Of a stretch of DNA of 64,000 nt, positions 20,275-30,213 are shown one piece after another. The position numbers were made by a program, and so were the translations under genes. Each line of letters opens with the position of its first letter. The first letter of the stretch is position 1. The notes under the pieces were generated by a model. It saw only the letters and a program-made list of their open reading frames with translations. It was not told the DNA's origin and did no database searches. Source of the stretch: a virus (taxonomy: Duplodnaviria > Caudoviricetes); the IMG/VR virus record IMGVR_UViG_3300033069_001378, positions 160,001-224,000 of that record. One strand, written 5' to 3'.

Positions 20275-21433
20275 TTTTTGTCATCATCCATTCGTCGAGC
20301 CAATCTTCTTTTACCACAGAATGATAGCAAGAGTAAATCTCTTCATATATCTCTATGAACTTTTTGATATTTGACTCAAGGGAAAGATGGCTCTCAAATC
20401 TATTTTTTGCTTCCTGTTTCCTAAAACTCAAATAGGATATGTCCTCCAAAAGCTTATTCATTTCAGCTTCGTATGCTGAAACGGAATTGACAACGTTGCC
20501 TCCTGCACCTATCGTCTCTACATGCCCCATTGCTGGCGCTACGTGACTGATTACGGGCAGTCCTGCTCTCATAGCTTCAGCGATAGCCATTCCATACGTC
20601 TCGCCGTCAGAACGACCGTGAGCGAATACGTTTAATGTGTTGAGGAACTTTTGAATCTCGTCATAGTTTCCGCTATGACTTATCTGAAATACTTGCTTAA
20701 GCCCTAGCTTATCTATTTGCTCTTGGTATTTGGAAGAACCTCCCATGATGAGAAATGCTACGCGGGACTTGTGCTTTTTTTCCAAAAGTTGAAATGCTTC
20801 CAATGGAATTGGAGAGAATATTCCGTCATCTACTCTTTGATGAAAGCCATAAACGAATGTTCCTGGCAAGAGCCCGAGGCTATTTCTTAAGTTGGAAGAT
20901 TCTGTTGACTTTGGAAACTCTGTGAGCAAAGGGATTACCTTAACCTTGTGTGGTTCTCCACCGGCTCTAATCCAAGTCTGTGCCTGGAACTCTGAGATAT
21001 GAACAACTGCAAGAGAGTTGCTCTTCCTTTCTGCCATTCCTGGAAGAGTGATTAGGTCCACAACAGGCTTATTGTTGATTAGAGTAAACGGATACTCTGC
21101 ATGACCAGCCCTGGCAGATTGGATTATGTCGTATTTGGATTCGTCAAACAGTTCCCAAAGGTTTGTGTCAACCCAATCATGAGTTGGAACCGTTATGTTC
21201 TTGGCTCCAACGTGAAACTCTATAAGATTGACTCCTGCATCTTCCATGTACTTCTTTCTAGAAGAATCGGTTCCTGCATGAACAACATCAGCCCCAATGT
21301 AGGGTGCTGTGTCACAATAATAGTAATCGACTTGAAATCTGTCTTTTGGCAAATTGGCAGCAATGGTTTGAAGACCTTTTTCGGTTCCACCAGCAGCCAG
21401 TCCTCCAAACTTTATGAATGCAATCTTAATCAC
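20267..21433 (-). CDS. Glycosyltransferase family 4-like
   Basis: AGGTEK N-terminus; GETYGMAIAEAMRAGLPVI. Confidence 0.9.
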   Translation of the reverse strand: MIKIAFIKFGGLAAGGTEKGLQTIAANLPKDRFQVDYYYCDTAPYIGADVVHAGTDSSRKKYMEDAGVNLIEFHVGAKNITVPTHDWVDTNLWELFDESKYDIIQSARAGHAEYPFTLINNKPVVDLITLPGMAERKSNSLAVVHISEFQAQTWIRAGGEPHKVKVIPLLTEFPKSTESSNLRNSLGLLPGTFVYGFHQRVDDGIFSPIPLEAFQLLEKKHKSRVAFLIMGGSSKYQEQIDKLGLKQVFQISHSGNYDEIQKFLNTLNVFAHGRSDGETYGMAIAEAMRAGLPVISHVAPAMGHVETIGAGGNVVNSVSAYEAEMNKLLEDISYLSFRKQEAKNRFESHLSLESNIKKFIEIYEEIYSCYHSVVKEDWLDEWMMTKNE

Positions 21434-22170
21434 TTGCTTAGCTTCTTGAAAATTCGATTATGAGTTACGGTAAGCACTTCTTTGTAGTTTGGATTTTTCT
21501 CAATTGTGTCTCGAACAGCATCCGAAACTTCTACAATTCCCTTGAACTGAATATCTCCGAGTCCGTTCATGTTCTTGTGATTCGATGCGTCATCAATTAC
21601 CATATAACCACCCACCTTTAGCATGGCATCGTAGTTCTCAATGTCAAACTTGGCACCTTCATAGGAATGATCTCCATCAATGAGAATCGCATCATATGGT
21701 CCGATCTCTGATGCACCTGCGATTATCTTCTTGTCGGTCGAGAAGCCATCAAAAATCTTTGTGTTGTCAAGAGTCAATTCAAACTGCTTGTATAGCTGCT
21801 TAATCCAAGGGAATCTATTGTAGGCAGCGAAGTCTTTGTCCATGAGTGGAGTAACTGCCGAGATAGAGACGTTCTTGTTTGACTTGTCTGCAAGCATCTG
21901 AATAAGAGAAATGATCTGTCCCTTATAGACTCCTATTTCTAGAAACTTGAAATCGGATGGCATCTCATCGACAATAAGCTTCCACATGTATTGAAGCTCT
22001 CTGTTACCGTGACCATAGATCACACCATTTCTGTAACTCTCTTCAATGAAGTCTCTGTGTGCCTTCAAATAATCAAAACTGTTTGTGCCAGCGAAAAAGT
22101 CTTTTTGTATCTCTTCGTGGCACTCAATGGTGTCTTCGTATGTGGTTATGTAGTCTTGTAAGGTTTTCAT
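21430..22170 (-). CDS. Class I SAM-dependent methyltransferase (Methyltransf_24-like)
   Basis: FLEIGVYKG, IDGDHSYEG, LKVGGYMVIDD. Start moved to ATG 22170. Confidence 0.88.
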   Translation of the reverse strand: MKTLQDYITTYEDTIECHEEIQKDFFAGTNSFDYLKAHRDFIEESYRNGVIYGHGNRELQYMWKLIVDEMPSDFKFLEIGVYKGQIISLIQMLADKSNKNVSISAVTPLMDKDFAAYNRFPWIKQLYKQFELTLDNTKIFDGFSTDKKIIAGASEIGPYDAILIDGDHSYEGAKFDIENYDAMLKVGGYMVIDDASNHKNMNGLGDIQFKGIVEVSDAVRDTIEKNPNYKEVLTVTHNRIFKKLSK

Positions 22171-22171
22171 T

Positions 22172-23194
22172 CTATTTCCAGTATGAGTAGATGCCCTGTT
22201 CAATCTCGTATTTCATCTTTTTGACTTCTCTGTTTGGTTGAGTCAATGCCCAAGCATACATTTTATCAATCAAAGAATCTAAATCGGTTCCGTCTTTAAA
22301 GTTCAGGATTGTTTTTGCTTTTGTGTGATCGCACCAAGCAAGATGAACTTCTTGTCTTGGTTCAAGATGTTGGATGCCAATATCTTTACCCTCACGACGC
22401 TTCGCTGCCTTTTGAACTGCTTTTGCCAAGTCCAAAATTGTTGTTGGTTGATCTGCTCCAATGTTGAAGGTATGATTTTCGTGCTTGTATATAAGCCTCT
22501 CAAGAGGTGCCATGTAAAAGTCTATGTCAGAGAACGCTCTCACTTGTGTACCGTCACCATAGATTGTTAGGTCTTCGTTGTTAATAGCTTTGCGAATGAA
22601 GATTCCTATTACGTTTCTGTAACGGTCCCAAATGTTCTGGTAAATACCATGAACATTATGTGGTCTAACGATGTTGTACTTCAAACCAAAACGCTTGTTG
22701 GCTTCGAATAGATCAAGCTCCACGGCATGTTTTGCAATTGCATATGGATCGCTTGTCTCTGGTCTTAGAAGCATTTCTTCCGTGAACGGTGGAGTTCCTT
22801 CTCCATAGACAGTCATTGATGACGTGAAAACAAACTTCTCCACGTTGTTTCTTACGCTTGAGTTTATCAGCTTTACAGATGCCATCAAATTGTTCCTGTA
22901 AGAAAACTCTCTGATGAAAGGACTAAGACCACAAGCTGCAAAGGCAGCGAAATGATAAACGTACTTGATGTTGTGTTCAACAAAAATACGATCAAGCTCT
23001 GGCTGCGTTATTTCTCCAAGGTCTGCTTTGACAAAAGTGAACTTGTCAGAAGACTTTGGAAGGAAGTCTTCGTATCCACCCGACAAGTCATCGATTCCAA
23101 CCACTTGATATCCTGCATTCAAAAGATATCTTGAGAAGTTAGCTCCAAAGAGTCCTGCGACTCCAGTTATTAGAACCTTTTTCACCTGGCTCAT
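22172..23194 (-). CDS. NAD-dependent epimerase/dehydratase (extended SDR)
   Basis: TGVAGLFG, DDLSGG, FTSSMTVYG, YAIAK, GDGTQVRAF. Confidence 0.9.
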   Translation of the reverse strand: MSQVKKVLITGVAGLFGANFSRYLLNAGYQVVGIDDLSGGYEDFLPKSSDKFTFVKADLGEITQPELDRIFVEHNIKYVYHFAAFAACGLSPFIREFSYRNNLMASVKLINSSVRNNVEKFVFTSSMTVYGEGTPPFTEEMLLRPETSDPYAIAKHAVELDLFEANKRFGLKYNIVRPHNVHGIYQNIWDRYRNVIGIFIRKAINNEDLTIYGDGTQVRAFSDIDFYMAPLERLIYKHENHTFNIGADQPTTILDLAKAVQKAAKRREGKDIGIQHLEPRQEVHLAWCDHTKAKTILNFKDGTDLDSLIDKMYAWALTQPNREVKKMKYEIEQGIYSYWK

Positions 23195-23197
23195 CGT

Positions 23198-23878
23198 TCA
23201 TGCCTTCTTCTTTTTGATTAGGACCAAGAAATAGTGCGCCATTGTTCTAACAACATGTGAGAACGGATATGCTTGTACGTTATAGGAAGAAAGAATATGC
23301 TCTTTCCAAAACTGCTCTGGAAAGACAGACTGATGCAAATGAATGATTCCGCCATCTGGAAGCTCTCTGTAGTCTGGTCCTGTGTTGATACTTCCGATGA
23401 AGACTCCATCCTCTGCAAGATTATCGAATACGTACGAGAAGAATGTGTGAATCTCTGTTGGATGAATGTGCTCGATGACTTCCCAGGCACTAATCACATC
23501 GAACAAAACCTTTTCTCCATTCTTTTCAACGTGATATGGCTTTGTCAAATCTGCTGTATGAAGAACTGTCTTGTGATATTCTGGCCAGTTATGAAGTCCT
23601 CTCTTGATTGAGTGATCCGAGCCTTCAAGACCAATTGAGAAATGACCTCTCTTGGCAAAGTCAACGGCAAGCTGTCCACCAGCACAACCAATGTCCATAT
23701 AGTTGAACTTTTCCTTGCCCATGTTGTCAAGAACGTACTTCTCAACTTCGGCAAGATAGCCATCAGATGAATGGTTGTCGTTAATTGTACCAACAGGACA
23801 AATGTGATCGGGAGATTGTTCAGCTACAGTAGCTTGTGCTACGATTTCTACGTTTTCGTATTTCTCTTTGTCAAACAT
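23198..23878 (-). CDS. Class I SAM-dependent methyltransferase
   Basis: MDIGCAGG; FDVISAWEVIEHI. Confidence 0.88.
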   Translation of the reverse strand: MFDKEKYENVEIVAQATVAEQSPDHICPVGTINDNHSSDGYLAEVEKYVLDNMGKEKFNYMDIGCAGGQLAVDFAKRGHFSIGLEGSDHSIKRGLHNWPEYHKTVLHTADLTKPYHVEKNGEKVLFDVISAWEVIEHIHPTEIHTFFSYVFDNLAEDGVFIGSINTGPDYRELPDGGIIHLHQSVFPEQFWKEHILSSYNVQAYPFSHVVRTMAHYFLVLIKKKKA

Positions 23879-24785
23879 GATTCTTAATCCATTCCTTGAG
23901 GCTTACTTGTGGCTCAAATCCCAATTCTTTTCTCGCTAGCTTGATATTTGCCATTGTCAATTTTGGTTCGATGCGCTCTGGCAAGAACTTGACGTTTTTT
24001 ACACCAAACATATCGCTTATTATTTGGTTTAGGCTGTATTGTGTTCCTGAGCCTACGTTGTAGATAGCAAACTTCTCTTTGCAGTCGAATGCTGCTTTTA
24101 CATTTGCCTGAACAACATCGTCTACGCATACGAAGTCTCTAACTTGGTTTCCGTCGCCTGTGACAGTCAAAGGCTTTCCTTGTTTTAGCTGCTCCATCCA
24201 GATTCCGATTACTGGAACATAGGAGCCGATTGTTGGCTGTCTGTTTCCGTAGACGTTGAAGTATCTTAGGCAGATTGCTTCAAGACCATAGAGGTCCGAG
24301 AACAGCTTCAAATACTGTTCTCCAATTTGCTTATGAAGAGCATAGGGAGACATTGGATTGCATGGTTCGTCTTCCGAGGTAGGGACATTTTGAGGTTGTC
24401 CATAAACAGACGAAGAGGAACTAAACACAATTCTCTTGACTTGCGTTCCACAAAGCTTCATTGCTTCAAGAAGATTGACGGTACCGTCGATGTTAATCTT
24501 ATGGCTTGTAAATGGATCTATGATTGAAGGCTCAACTCTTGGAAGAGCAGCTACGTGAAACACAAGCTCTATATTGTTTGTCTTGATGTATGATTCTATG
24601 TTGCAGACGTTATTCGCTTGCGACAGATCCAGCATGAGAAAGTCTGCGTTTGGATTTACGTACTCAATGAATCCTGTTGACAGATCATCAATAACAAAAA
24701 CATTGTGTCCAAGCTCAACAAGCCTGTCTACAAGATTGCTTCCAATAAAGCCTGCTCCACCTGTTACCAATATGTTCTTTGTCAT
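23871..24785 (-). CDS. NAD-dependent NDP-sugar epimerase (GalE/WbpP-like)
   Basis: VTGGAGFIGSNL, SSSSVYG, SPYALHK, LRYFNVYG, GDGNQVRDF. Confidence 0.9.
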   Translation of the reverse strand: MTKNILVTGGAGFIGSNLVDRLVELGHNVFVIDDLSTGFIEYVNPNADFLMLDLSQANNVCNIESYIKTNNIELVFHVAALPRVEPSIIDPFTSHKINIDGTVNLLEAMKLCGTQVKRIVFSSSSSVYGQPQNVPTSEDEPCNPMSPYALHKQIGEQYLKLFSDLYGLEAICLRYFNVYGNRQPTIGSYVPVIGIWMEQLKQGKPLTVTGDGNQVRDFVCVDDVVQANVKAAFDCKEKFAIYNVGSGTQYSLNQIISDMFGVKNVKFLPERIEPKLTMANIKLARKELGFEPQVSLKEWIKNHV

Positions 24786-25513
24786 TTTCTATTCTTCTTA
24801 TCTTCTTCGGCTTGCCAGATTCTTTCTCTGAGTCCTGTTGTTGACCAACCGTGACTCCTATCAATGTAGTGAATAGGGATGCCTAAATCTTGTCCAGTAT
24901 ACGATTTTCCATCGTAGTCTGTACCCAAAAACCGTATTTGCGGCTTCTTATCTTTCATCAGTTGAACAAGGCTCTCTTCTGTATCATAAGCAATAACCTC
25001 ATCAACGTATTTGATGGAGGAAAGAACAATCATTCTTTCTTCCAATGACTGAACTGGTCTATTCTTTGATTTTCTTTCAACAGAAGGGTCTGTATGAATT
25101 CCACAAATGAGATAGTCACAGTTCTCCTTTGCTTCTTTCAACATTTTGATATATCCAGGATGCATCAAGTCAAACGAGCTTGCAACAAACCCAATCTTTT
25201 CATGTAGGTTGTTTTCCTTACGCCAGTCTTTGATGTTCATAACCTTGTCGTCAATCAGAAGGTCAAAGTGAGGCTTTGAGTTCATGATTAGTTCACTGAA
25301 ATACACTCCCCACCGATTGAGTTGATTTAGAGTGAAGTCCGACCAATCTTTTCCTGATACGCATCCTCTTGCGGTGAAAATCTTTATTGTGTTGCCTTGT
25401 CTATAAAGTTCGTTCACATGGTCAATAACGTCTTGGTATGGCAATGCCATTTCATATTGACCGTTTTGAGTCAACGTACACAAGGTTCCATCGAGGTCAA
25501 AGCAATAGATCAT
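24782..25513 (-). CDS. Fusion of HAD-family phosphatase and cytidylyltransferase-like (TagD/RfaE-II) nucleotidyltransferase
   Basis: N-half: FDLDGTL, FTARG, KP...IDDK (HAD motifs I-IV). C-half: FDLMHPGY (HxGH variant), ERMIVLSSIKYVDEV, GTDY, GWSTT. Confidence 0.85.
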   Translation of the reverse strand: MIYCFDLDGTLCTLTQNGQYEMALPYQDVIDHVNELYRQGNTIKIFTARGCVSGKDWSDFTLNQLNRWGVYFSELIMNSKPHFDLLIDDKVMNIKDWRKENNLHEKIGFVASSFDLMHPGYIKMLKEAKENCDYLICGIHTDPSVERKSKNRPVQSLEERMIVLSSIKYVDEVIAYDTEESLVQLMKDKKPQIRFLGTDYDGKSYTGQDLGIPIHYIDRSHGWSTTGLRERIWQAEEDKKNRK

Positions 25514-25516
25514 TTT

Positions 25517-26029
25517 TCAGTTGCCCAAGATTGAATGGAGGAATATCTGGTGTACGCACTCTACAACTCCGTAGTCTTTGGATGGTACCCAAAAGTTTAG
25601 AAGCCTATATTCAGACTGCATTTTACACAAAGGATTCGATGACGAAAAACCAGACAAGGATATCCATCTTATTCCATTGCTCTCACAATAGTCGGCTGTG
25701 TTCAAGATGTTCATGGAATTTCCAGATGACGAAATGAGAATGACAAGAGTGTCATCCTTGTCTGCAAACTCTTTTACAAACTGCCTATACGCTTCATCTC
25801 TACCGTAGTCGTTGATGTAACAAGTAAGTCTTGATGGATCGGAAAACGAAAAAGCTCTCTTTCCCAGTTGCTTCGTATAGTCTTGAGAAATATGAGAAGC
25901 AATAGAGTTTGAACCACCGTTTCCAATGATTATGATCTGCTTGTATTTTGGTGAAGTAATGATATCCTTAAGACTGCTCGCGCATTCGTAAGCAATATCG
26001 ATTCCTTCTTGAAGTTCTTGTTTGTTCAT
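25517..26029 (-). CDS. gmhA: SIS-domain phosphoheptose isomerase
   Basis: IGNGGSNSIASH, ISSSGNSMNI, YGVVECVHQ; adjacent to a heptose kinase. Confidence 0.8.
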   Translation of the reverse strand: MNKQELQEGIDIAYECASSLKDIITSPKYKQIIIIGNGGSNSIASHISQDYTKQLGKRAFSFSDPSRLTCYINDYGRDEAYRQFVKEFADKDDTLVILISSSGNSMNILNTADYCESNGIRWISLSGFSSSNPLCKMQSEYRLLNFWVPSKDYGVVECVHQIFLHSILGN

Positions 26030-27006
26030 ATGATGTGTCCCTTTACTCCACTGTCAGATACGAAAATAGAAATAGGCTCATGTTCCATTCCATCTTTTTT
26101 CATTCGTTCTTTCAGTTTAGTCACACAATTTGGCTTTAGCAAAAGAAAAAAGTAGCCTCCTGCTCCTGCGCCAAGCAATTTGTATCCAAGCACATATGGT
26201 TCGTTTAACAAATCTTCGAACTTATGGAAATCATCAATCTCATCAAAGATCTTTGGAGAGCTTTGTCTCTTGGCTATCCAAGCCTGGTTAAACGTTTTTA
26301 GAAACCCTTCGGTGTCTCCAAGGTCCAAGGACTCATCCACCCTGTCTACAAGGGCAAGGAGCGAATATGATTTTGATACGTCGATAGATTTGAGAACCTC
26401 TGTCGAGCTTCTCTTGATTCCGGTATAGACAAGGCACATATCGAAATTGTCTTGAAGGAACTTAGTCTCGAAGTATCGGAACTTTGGCTTCTTTCCTTTT
26501 TCAAAAACAATACGCTTGAATCCAGAAATGCCACAACCATATGAGTCTTGGTATCCTGTAAGTGGATTGAACTCTCTTTCAAGCTCAATTGACAGTTTGC
26601 ATATTTCGAAATCGCTAATGTCAAGACCAAGATAGAGAGATACAGCCTTGATTGTAGCAATCATGTAGGCAGAAGAAGTAGCAAGTCCAGAGCCATGACT
26701 GATAATGTCACTGTTGAACGTGATCGTAATGTTCTTCTTGTCGTTTGTTACTTCAAGTTCTTTTCTAAAGTGTCTCATTACCACTCTAACCACGTCATTT
26801 TTGATTTGGTCAATCGAATCAACCTCTTCCTTATGAGAGTAGTTGACGATGATCTTGTTTCTGTGGTTCGTATGAAGAGTCACATACACGTAAAGATTTG
26901 AAGGAAAGCTTATTACCGAACCTGTTCCATAGGTATCAATAAACTCCTCCAAATCAGTTGAACCTCCAACAAGGGAGATTCTAAGTGGACACTTGGTAAC
27001 GATCAT
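26026..27006 (-). CDS. hddA: GHMP kinase, D-glycero-D-manno-heptose 7-phosphate kinase-like
   Basis: PLRISLVGGSTD, GSGLATSS, GYQDSY, KLLGAGAGGYF. Start ATG 27006 (ATGA overlap). Confidence 0.85.
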   Translation of the reverse strand: MIVTKCPLRISLVGGSTDLEEFIDTYGTGSVISFPSNLYVYVTLHTNHRNKIIVNYSHKEEVDSIDQIKNDVVRVVMRHFRKELEVTNDKKNITITFNSDIISHGSGLATSSAYMIATIKAVSLYLGLDISDFEICKLSIELEREFNPLTGYQDSYGCGISGFKRIVFEKGKKPKFRYFETKFLQDNFDMCLVYTGIKRSSTEVLKSIDVSKSYSLLALVDRVDESLDLGDTEGFLKTFNQAWIAKRQSSPKIFDEIDDFHKFEDLLNEPYVLGYKLLGAGAGGYFFLLLKPNCVTKLKERMKKDGMEHEPISIFVSDSGVKGHII

Positions 27007-27890
27007 ACTCTTGGTTCTCTGCCTGTACGAGAAACAAACTCTCTTTTCAAGAAGTCCATGTGCCAAATCTGGAGAGGCTCAAAGAACTCGATTCCGTGCT
27101 CATCAAAGTAGGCTAAAATAGCACCTTTTCTCCAAGAGTTTAGCTCGTTTGTCATGTTTGGCATCGGATCAATATACCAGTCTGGTTCTATTGCTTTGAC
27201 CCTGGTATTTGGATCGTCAAGAGTGATTGCATATTTTTGATTTATGGATTGAGCATGTTCTCTTCCAAGTCTTATTAGCTCGGCAGCTCTTAGAAAGCAT
27301 TGCTTCATCTGGAAGTTATCAAATTCCGAGAACTGGAAGTGCATGATAGCACCAAACTTTGGTTGAAGTTGGAGATTCGTTTGTTCGTTTGTTGGTCCCG
27401 GAGTTCTTGGAGTATGCATCCATACGTTTGGATACGTTACCTTTCCATCGTCACAGAATACAAAGTCTTTGTAGTTGTTGGACCATACAGAATGATCATG
27501 TTTATAGTGGTCAACACTCTTCCACATTGCCAACCATTGCATTAGCAGCTTGTTTCCTGGCTGCATCTTGCTCATAATCTGTCTTCCACGAGAAACGAAT
27601 GGCATGGTGAATGCTTCGTCTGCGTCTAAGCATACGAAGTGTGTTCCACCAGCTTCTCTTCCTAGTTCAAGAAGCTTTTCTCTTATTCCAAGCTCTGCCC
27701 AACCAGACTTTTCTTTGAACGAGTTGTTCAAAATAACTGTGGCACCTGCATCTAACAAAATCTGTGCTCCGTTATCCGATGAGTTGTCGTCGATTGCAAT
27801 AATCTGATCAACTACAGGCTTTACGGACGCTACGTATGACTTTAGGAACTTTTCTTCATTCTTGAACGGGAGTAGAGCTATGACTTTCAT
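27003..27890 (-). CDS. Glycosyltransferase family 2-like
   Basis: PFKNEE, IDDNSSD, CLDADE (DxD). Start moved to 27890. Confidence 0.85.
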   Translation of the reverse strand: MKVIALLPFKNEEKFLKSYVASVKPVVDQIIAIDDNSSDNGAQILLDAGATVILNNSFKEKSGWAELGIREKLLELGREAGGTHFVCLDADEAFTMPFVSRGRQIMSKMQPGNKLLMQWLAMWKSVDHYKHDHSVWSNNYKDFVFCDDGKVTYPNVWMHTPRTPGPTNEQTNLQLQPKFGAIMHFQFSEFDNFQMKQCFLRAAELIRLGREHAQSINQKYAITLDDPNTRVKAIEPDWYIDPMPNMTNELNSWRKGAILAYFDEHGIEFFEPLQIWHMDFLKREFVSRTGREPRV

Positions 27891-28698
27891 GTTTGTTTGA
27901 AAACCTTTCAATTGGAATCTTCTGACCAAAGTTTACGATAATCTGTGGGTCATAGTCTTTGAACAAAGGATGCAAAGTCCATTGTTTCTCTATCTTGTCA
28001 AGAATGGCATAGCGAGTTTCTATTACAGTTCTCTCGACTGGCTGTTTTGCACTTCCATTCGTAGAAGCTCCTCTGCCTTCGTCAAGATAGTATCCCAAAA
28101 CTCCATGAATCATTCCAACCTTTGAATGCATAGCCAATCTGATTGCTAGATCAAAGTCTGCTCCAGTCTTGAGTTGTTCATCGAAGTAACCAGCCTTATC
28201 ACAAAGGCTCTTTCTCCACATGAAGAAAGGACCAAGCATCATTCCTCTGATGAGTTCTTCTGGTCTGTCTAAAGTCCATGTGTGGTCAATGTATTGCCCA
28301 TGTGTTGAACCAAATTGGTTAACGATTACGAAGTTGCCATGAACAACATCATGATTATGATGGCTGTCAAGAAAATCTATTTGCTTTTGTATGCTGTCTG
28401 GTGTTCTTAGGTCGTCAATATTCCAAATTGTTACGTACTCGCCAGATGCTTCTTTGATACACCTGTTCATCGAAATACCAATTGGATCAACAGGATTGAC
28501 AACAATATGCTTTAAGCGACCTGGGTACTTGGCATTGAAATTTGAAACAAGAGCAAGTTCTGCTTCGGTTGGTTCATTATGATCAAGCACAATCTCAAGC
28601 TTGTCAAAACAAGTTTGCTTTGGAAGCTCATTTAGAAACTTCTCAAGATAGCGTTCTCCCTTGAAACAAGGGGTTATTGTACTGACTTTGTTGTTCAT
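27856..28698 (-). CDS. Glycosyltransferase family 2
   Basis: VSTITPCFKGERYL, WNIDD, GYFDE...ADFDLAIR. Confidence 0.88.
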   Translation of the reverse strand: MNNKVSTITPCFKGERYLEKFLNELPKQTCFDKLEIVLDHNEPTEAELALVSNFNAKYPGRLKHIVVNPVDPIGISMNRCIKEASGEYVTIWNIDDLRTPDSIQKQIDFLDSHHNHDVVHGNFVIVNQFGSTHGQYIDHTWTLDRPEELIRGMMLGPFFMWRKSLCDKAGYFDEQLKTGADFDLAIRLAMHSKVGMIHGVLGYYLDEGRGASTNGSAKQPVERTVIETRYAILDKIEKQWTLHPLFKDYDPQIIVNFGQKIPIERFSNKHESHSSTPVQE

Positions 28699-29537
28699 AG
28701 TGTTTTCAGTATCTCAATGTAAGCTTTTGCTTTTTCAAGAAAGCCGTGCTCTTTCAAGATATAGTCTCTAGGTTTGTAAGAACCGAGGTTGTCCCTAAGC
28801 TCTTGGATTCTTGAGCAGTCAAGATTATCTACGACAATGCCACAGGCATCAGAGAAGTAGGGTACAGAAGAGGCTGGAACGGTTATCTGACCGTCGTCGC
28901 TGGTCCACGTAGTCTTGTTGAGGACGTAGCATGGCACATTGCAAGATAGCATCTGCATGTACGCAAGTCCTTGACTTTCCGTTCCCGTTAGGAGTACAGC
29001 AAACTTTGCCCTGTCACAAAGAGAGCTAAGAGCATTCTCATGGTAGGTTCCGTAGGAAATTACTTCATACTTCAGTCCCATGGAATCCAATTGCTTCTTC
29101 ACTTCGTCGAGTTCAGATTGTTCTCTGTTCTTGAAATAGACAAAGCAGTCGAGGTCTTTGTTCGCATTCAAGCTTGGCTTCCATGTTTTTGTGTCGATTC
29201 CTGCCGACCACACATGTATGGTTTTTCCATTCATTTCGGGGAACTGCTCGTACAGTTTCTTTACCCAAAGAGAAGGAACGACAAAGTGTTTTCCAAACTT
29301 GCAGAGTTCTTTGTTGTCGCTTGGAACGACGAAAACATTTGGACCAATTAAAGTGCGATCAGGATTTAACTGTTGCCAGGTGGCTCCAAGGTCTTGCAAA
29401 TAAGCGTAATAATCGCAGTTGCCTTGATTGTTGTATACCATAACATCGCGACAAACAGATATACCCCAATAGAGATTTCTATATACACCTCCGGGACCAC
29501 GATGGCTTGTGTTGTTTGCCAATAACGATATCTTCAT
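28695..29537 (-). CDS. Putative glycosyltransferase (divergent GT-B)
   Basis: RGPGGV, VVPSLWV, GIDT, ESQGLAYMQMLSCNVP (EX7E-like). Confidence 0.65.
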   Translation of the reverse strand: MKISLLANNTSHRGPGGVYRNLYWGISVCRDVMVYNNQGNCDYYAYLQDLGATWQQLNPDRTLIGPNVFVVPSDNKELCKFGKHFVVPSLWVKKLYEQFPEMNGKTIHVWSAGIDTKTWKPSLNANKDLDCFVYFKNREQSELDEVKKQLDSMGLKYEVISYGTYHENALSSLCDRAKFAVLLTGTESQGLAYMQMLSCNVPCYVLNKTTWTSDDGQITVPASSVPYFSDACGIVVDNLDCSRIQELRDNLGSYKPRDYILKEHGFLEKAKAYIEILKTL

Positions 29538-29540
29538 GTG

Positions 29541-30200
29541 TCACTTCTTTCTAAGATAGAGAGCATCGCCCCAACCGTACTCCGTTGGGCAGGTTGCAGC
29601 AGGATGAAATCCATAATTTCCCAACAGTACGTTCAAGAATGGCATAGTCTTGGCTCCTTTGTAAACCTCTTCGAAGTTTACTTCGGTGTAGACTGCATCA
29701 ATTCTAAAGTCTCTGTTGTGGTGAGAAAGTAAATCTCCAAATCCTTGAAGGACTTCAAACTCTACACCCTGCACATCTAGATTCACAAAAACACTTCTGC
29801 CTTCTAGCTTGTATTGATTTGGCTCTTCTTTGATTAGCGAATCAAATCTTCTTGTTGTCACTTTGATTGTTTCTGTAACAGAGATTTGAGGATAATGTTT
29901 CTTGTGCGTTCCCATTTCCAAAAGAGAGCTTGATTGACCGTTGTTGGTTATCTTGAACTCAATCTCTTTGCCATCAACGTTGAACAAAGCTGCGCATTCA
30001 AAATCATCAAGTGCTCTGTACTTCTCTACGTTCTCAACAAGAGGCTTAATCAAATTTGGATTTGCTTCATACCAGAATGTCTTTTTAACGCCATATTTTG
30101 CGTAATCTTGAGCTTCTTCTCCAAGATGGGCTCCGATATGAATTACGTAGTCAAAAGAATGTCCAGCAATCTCTAAGCATTTCGAGTAAGGTATCAACAT
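29541..30200 (-). CDS. FkbM-family methyltransferase
   Basis: IHIGAHLGEE, YEANP, SSSLL, NLDVQGVEFEVLQG, YTEV, WGDALY. Start moved to 30200. Confidence 0.9.
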   Translation of the reverse strand: MLIPYSKCLEIAGHSFDYVIHIGAHLGEEAQDYAKYGVKKTFWYEANPNLIKPLVENVEKYRALDDFECAALFNVDGKEIEFKITNNGQSSSLLEMGTHKKHYPQISVTETIKVTTRRFDSLIKEEPNQYKLEGRSVFVNLDVQGVEFEVLQGFGDLLSHHNRDFRIDAVYTEVNFEEVYKGAKTMPFLNVLLGNYGFHPAATCPTEYGWGDALYLRKK

Positions 30201-30213
30201 TGTTTTCGGTCTT

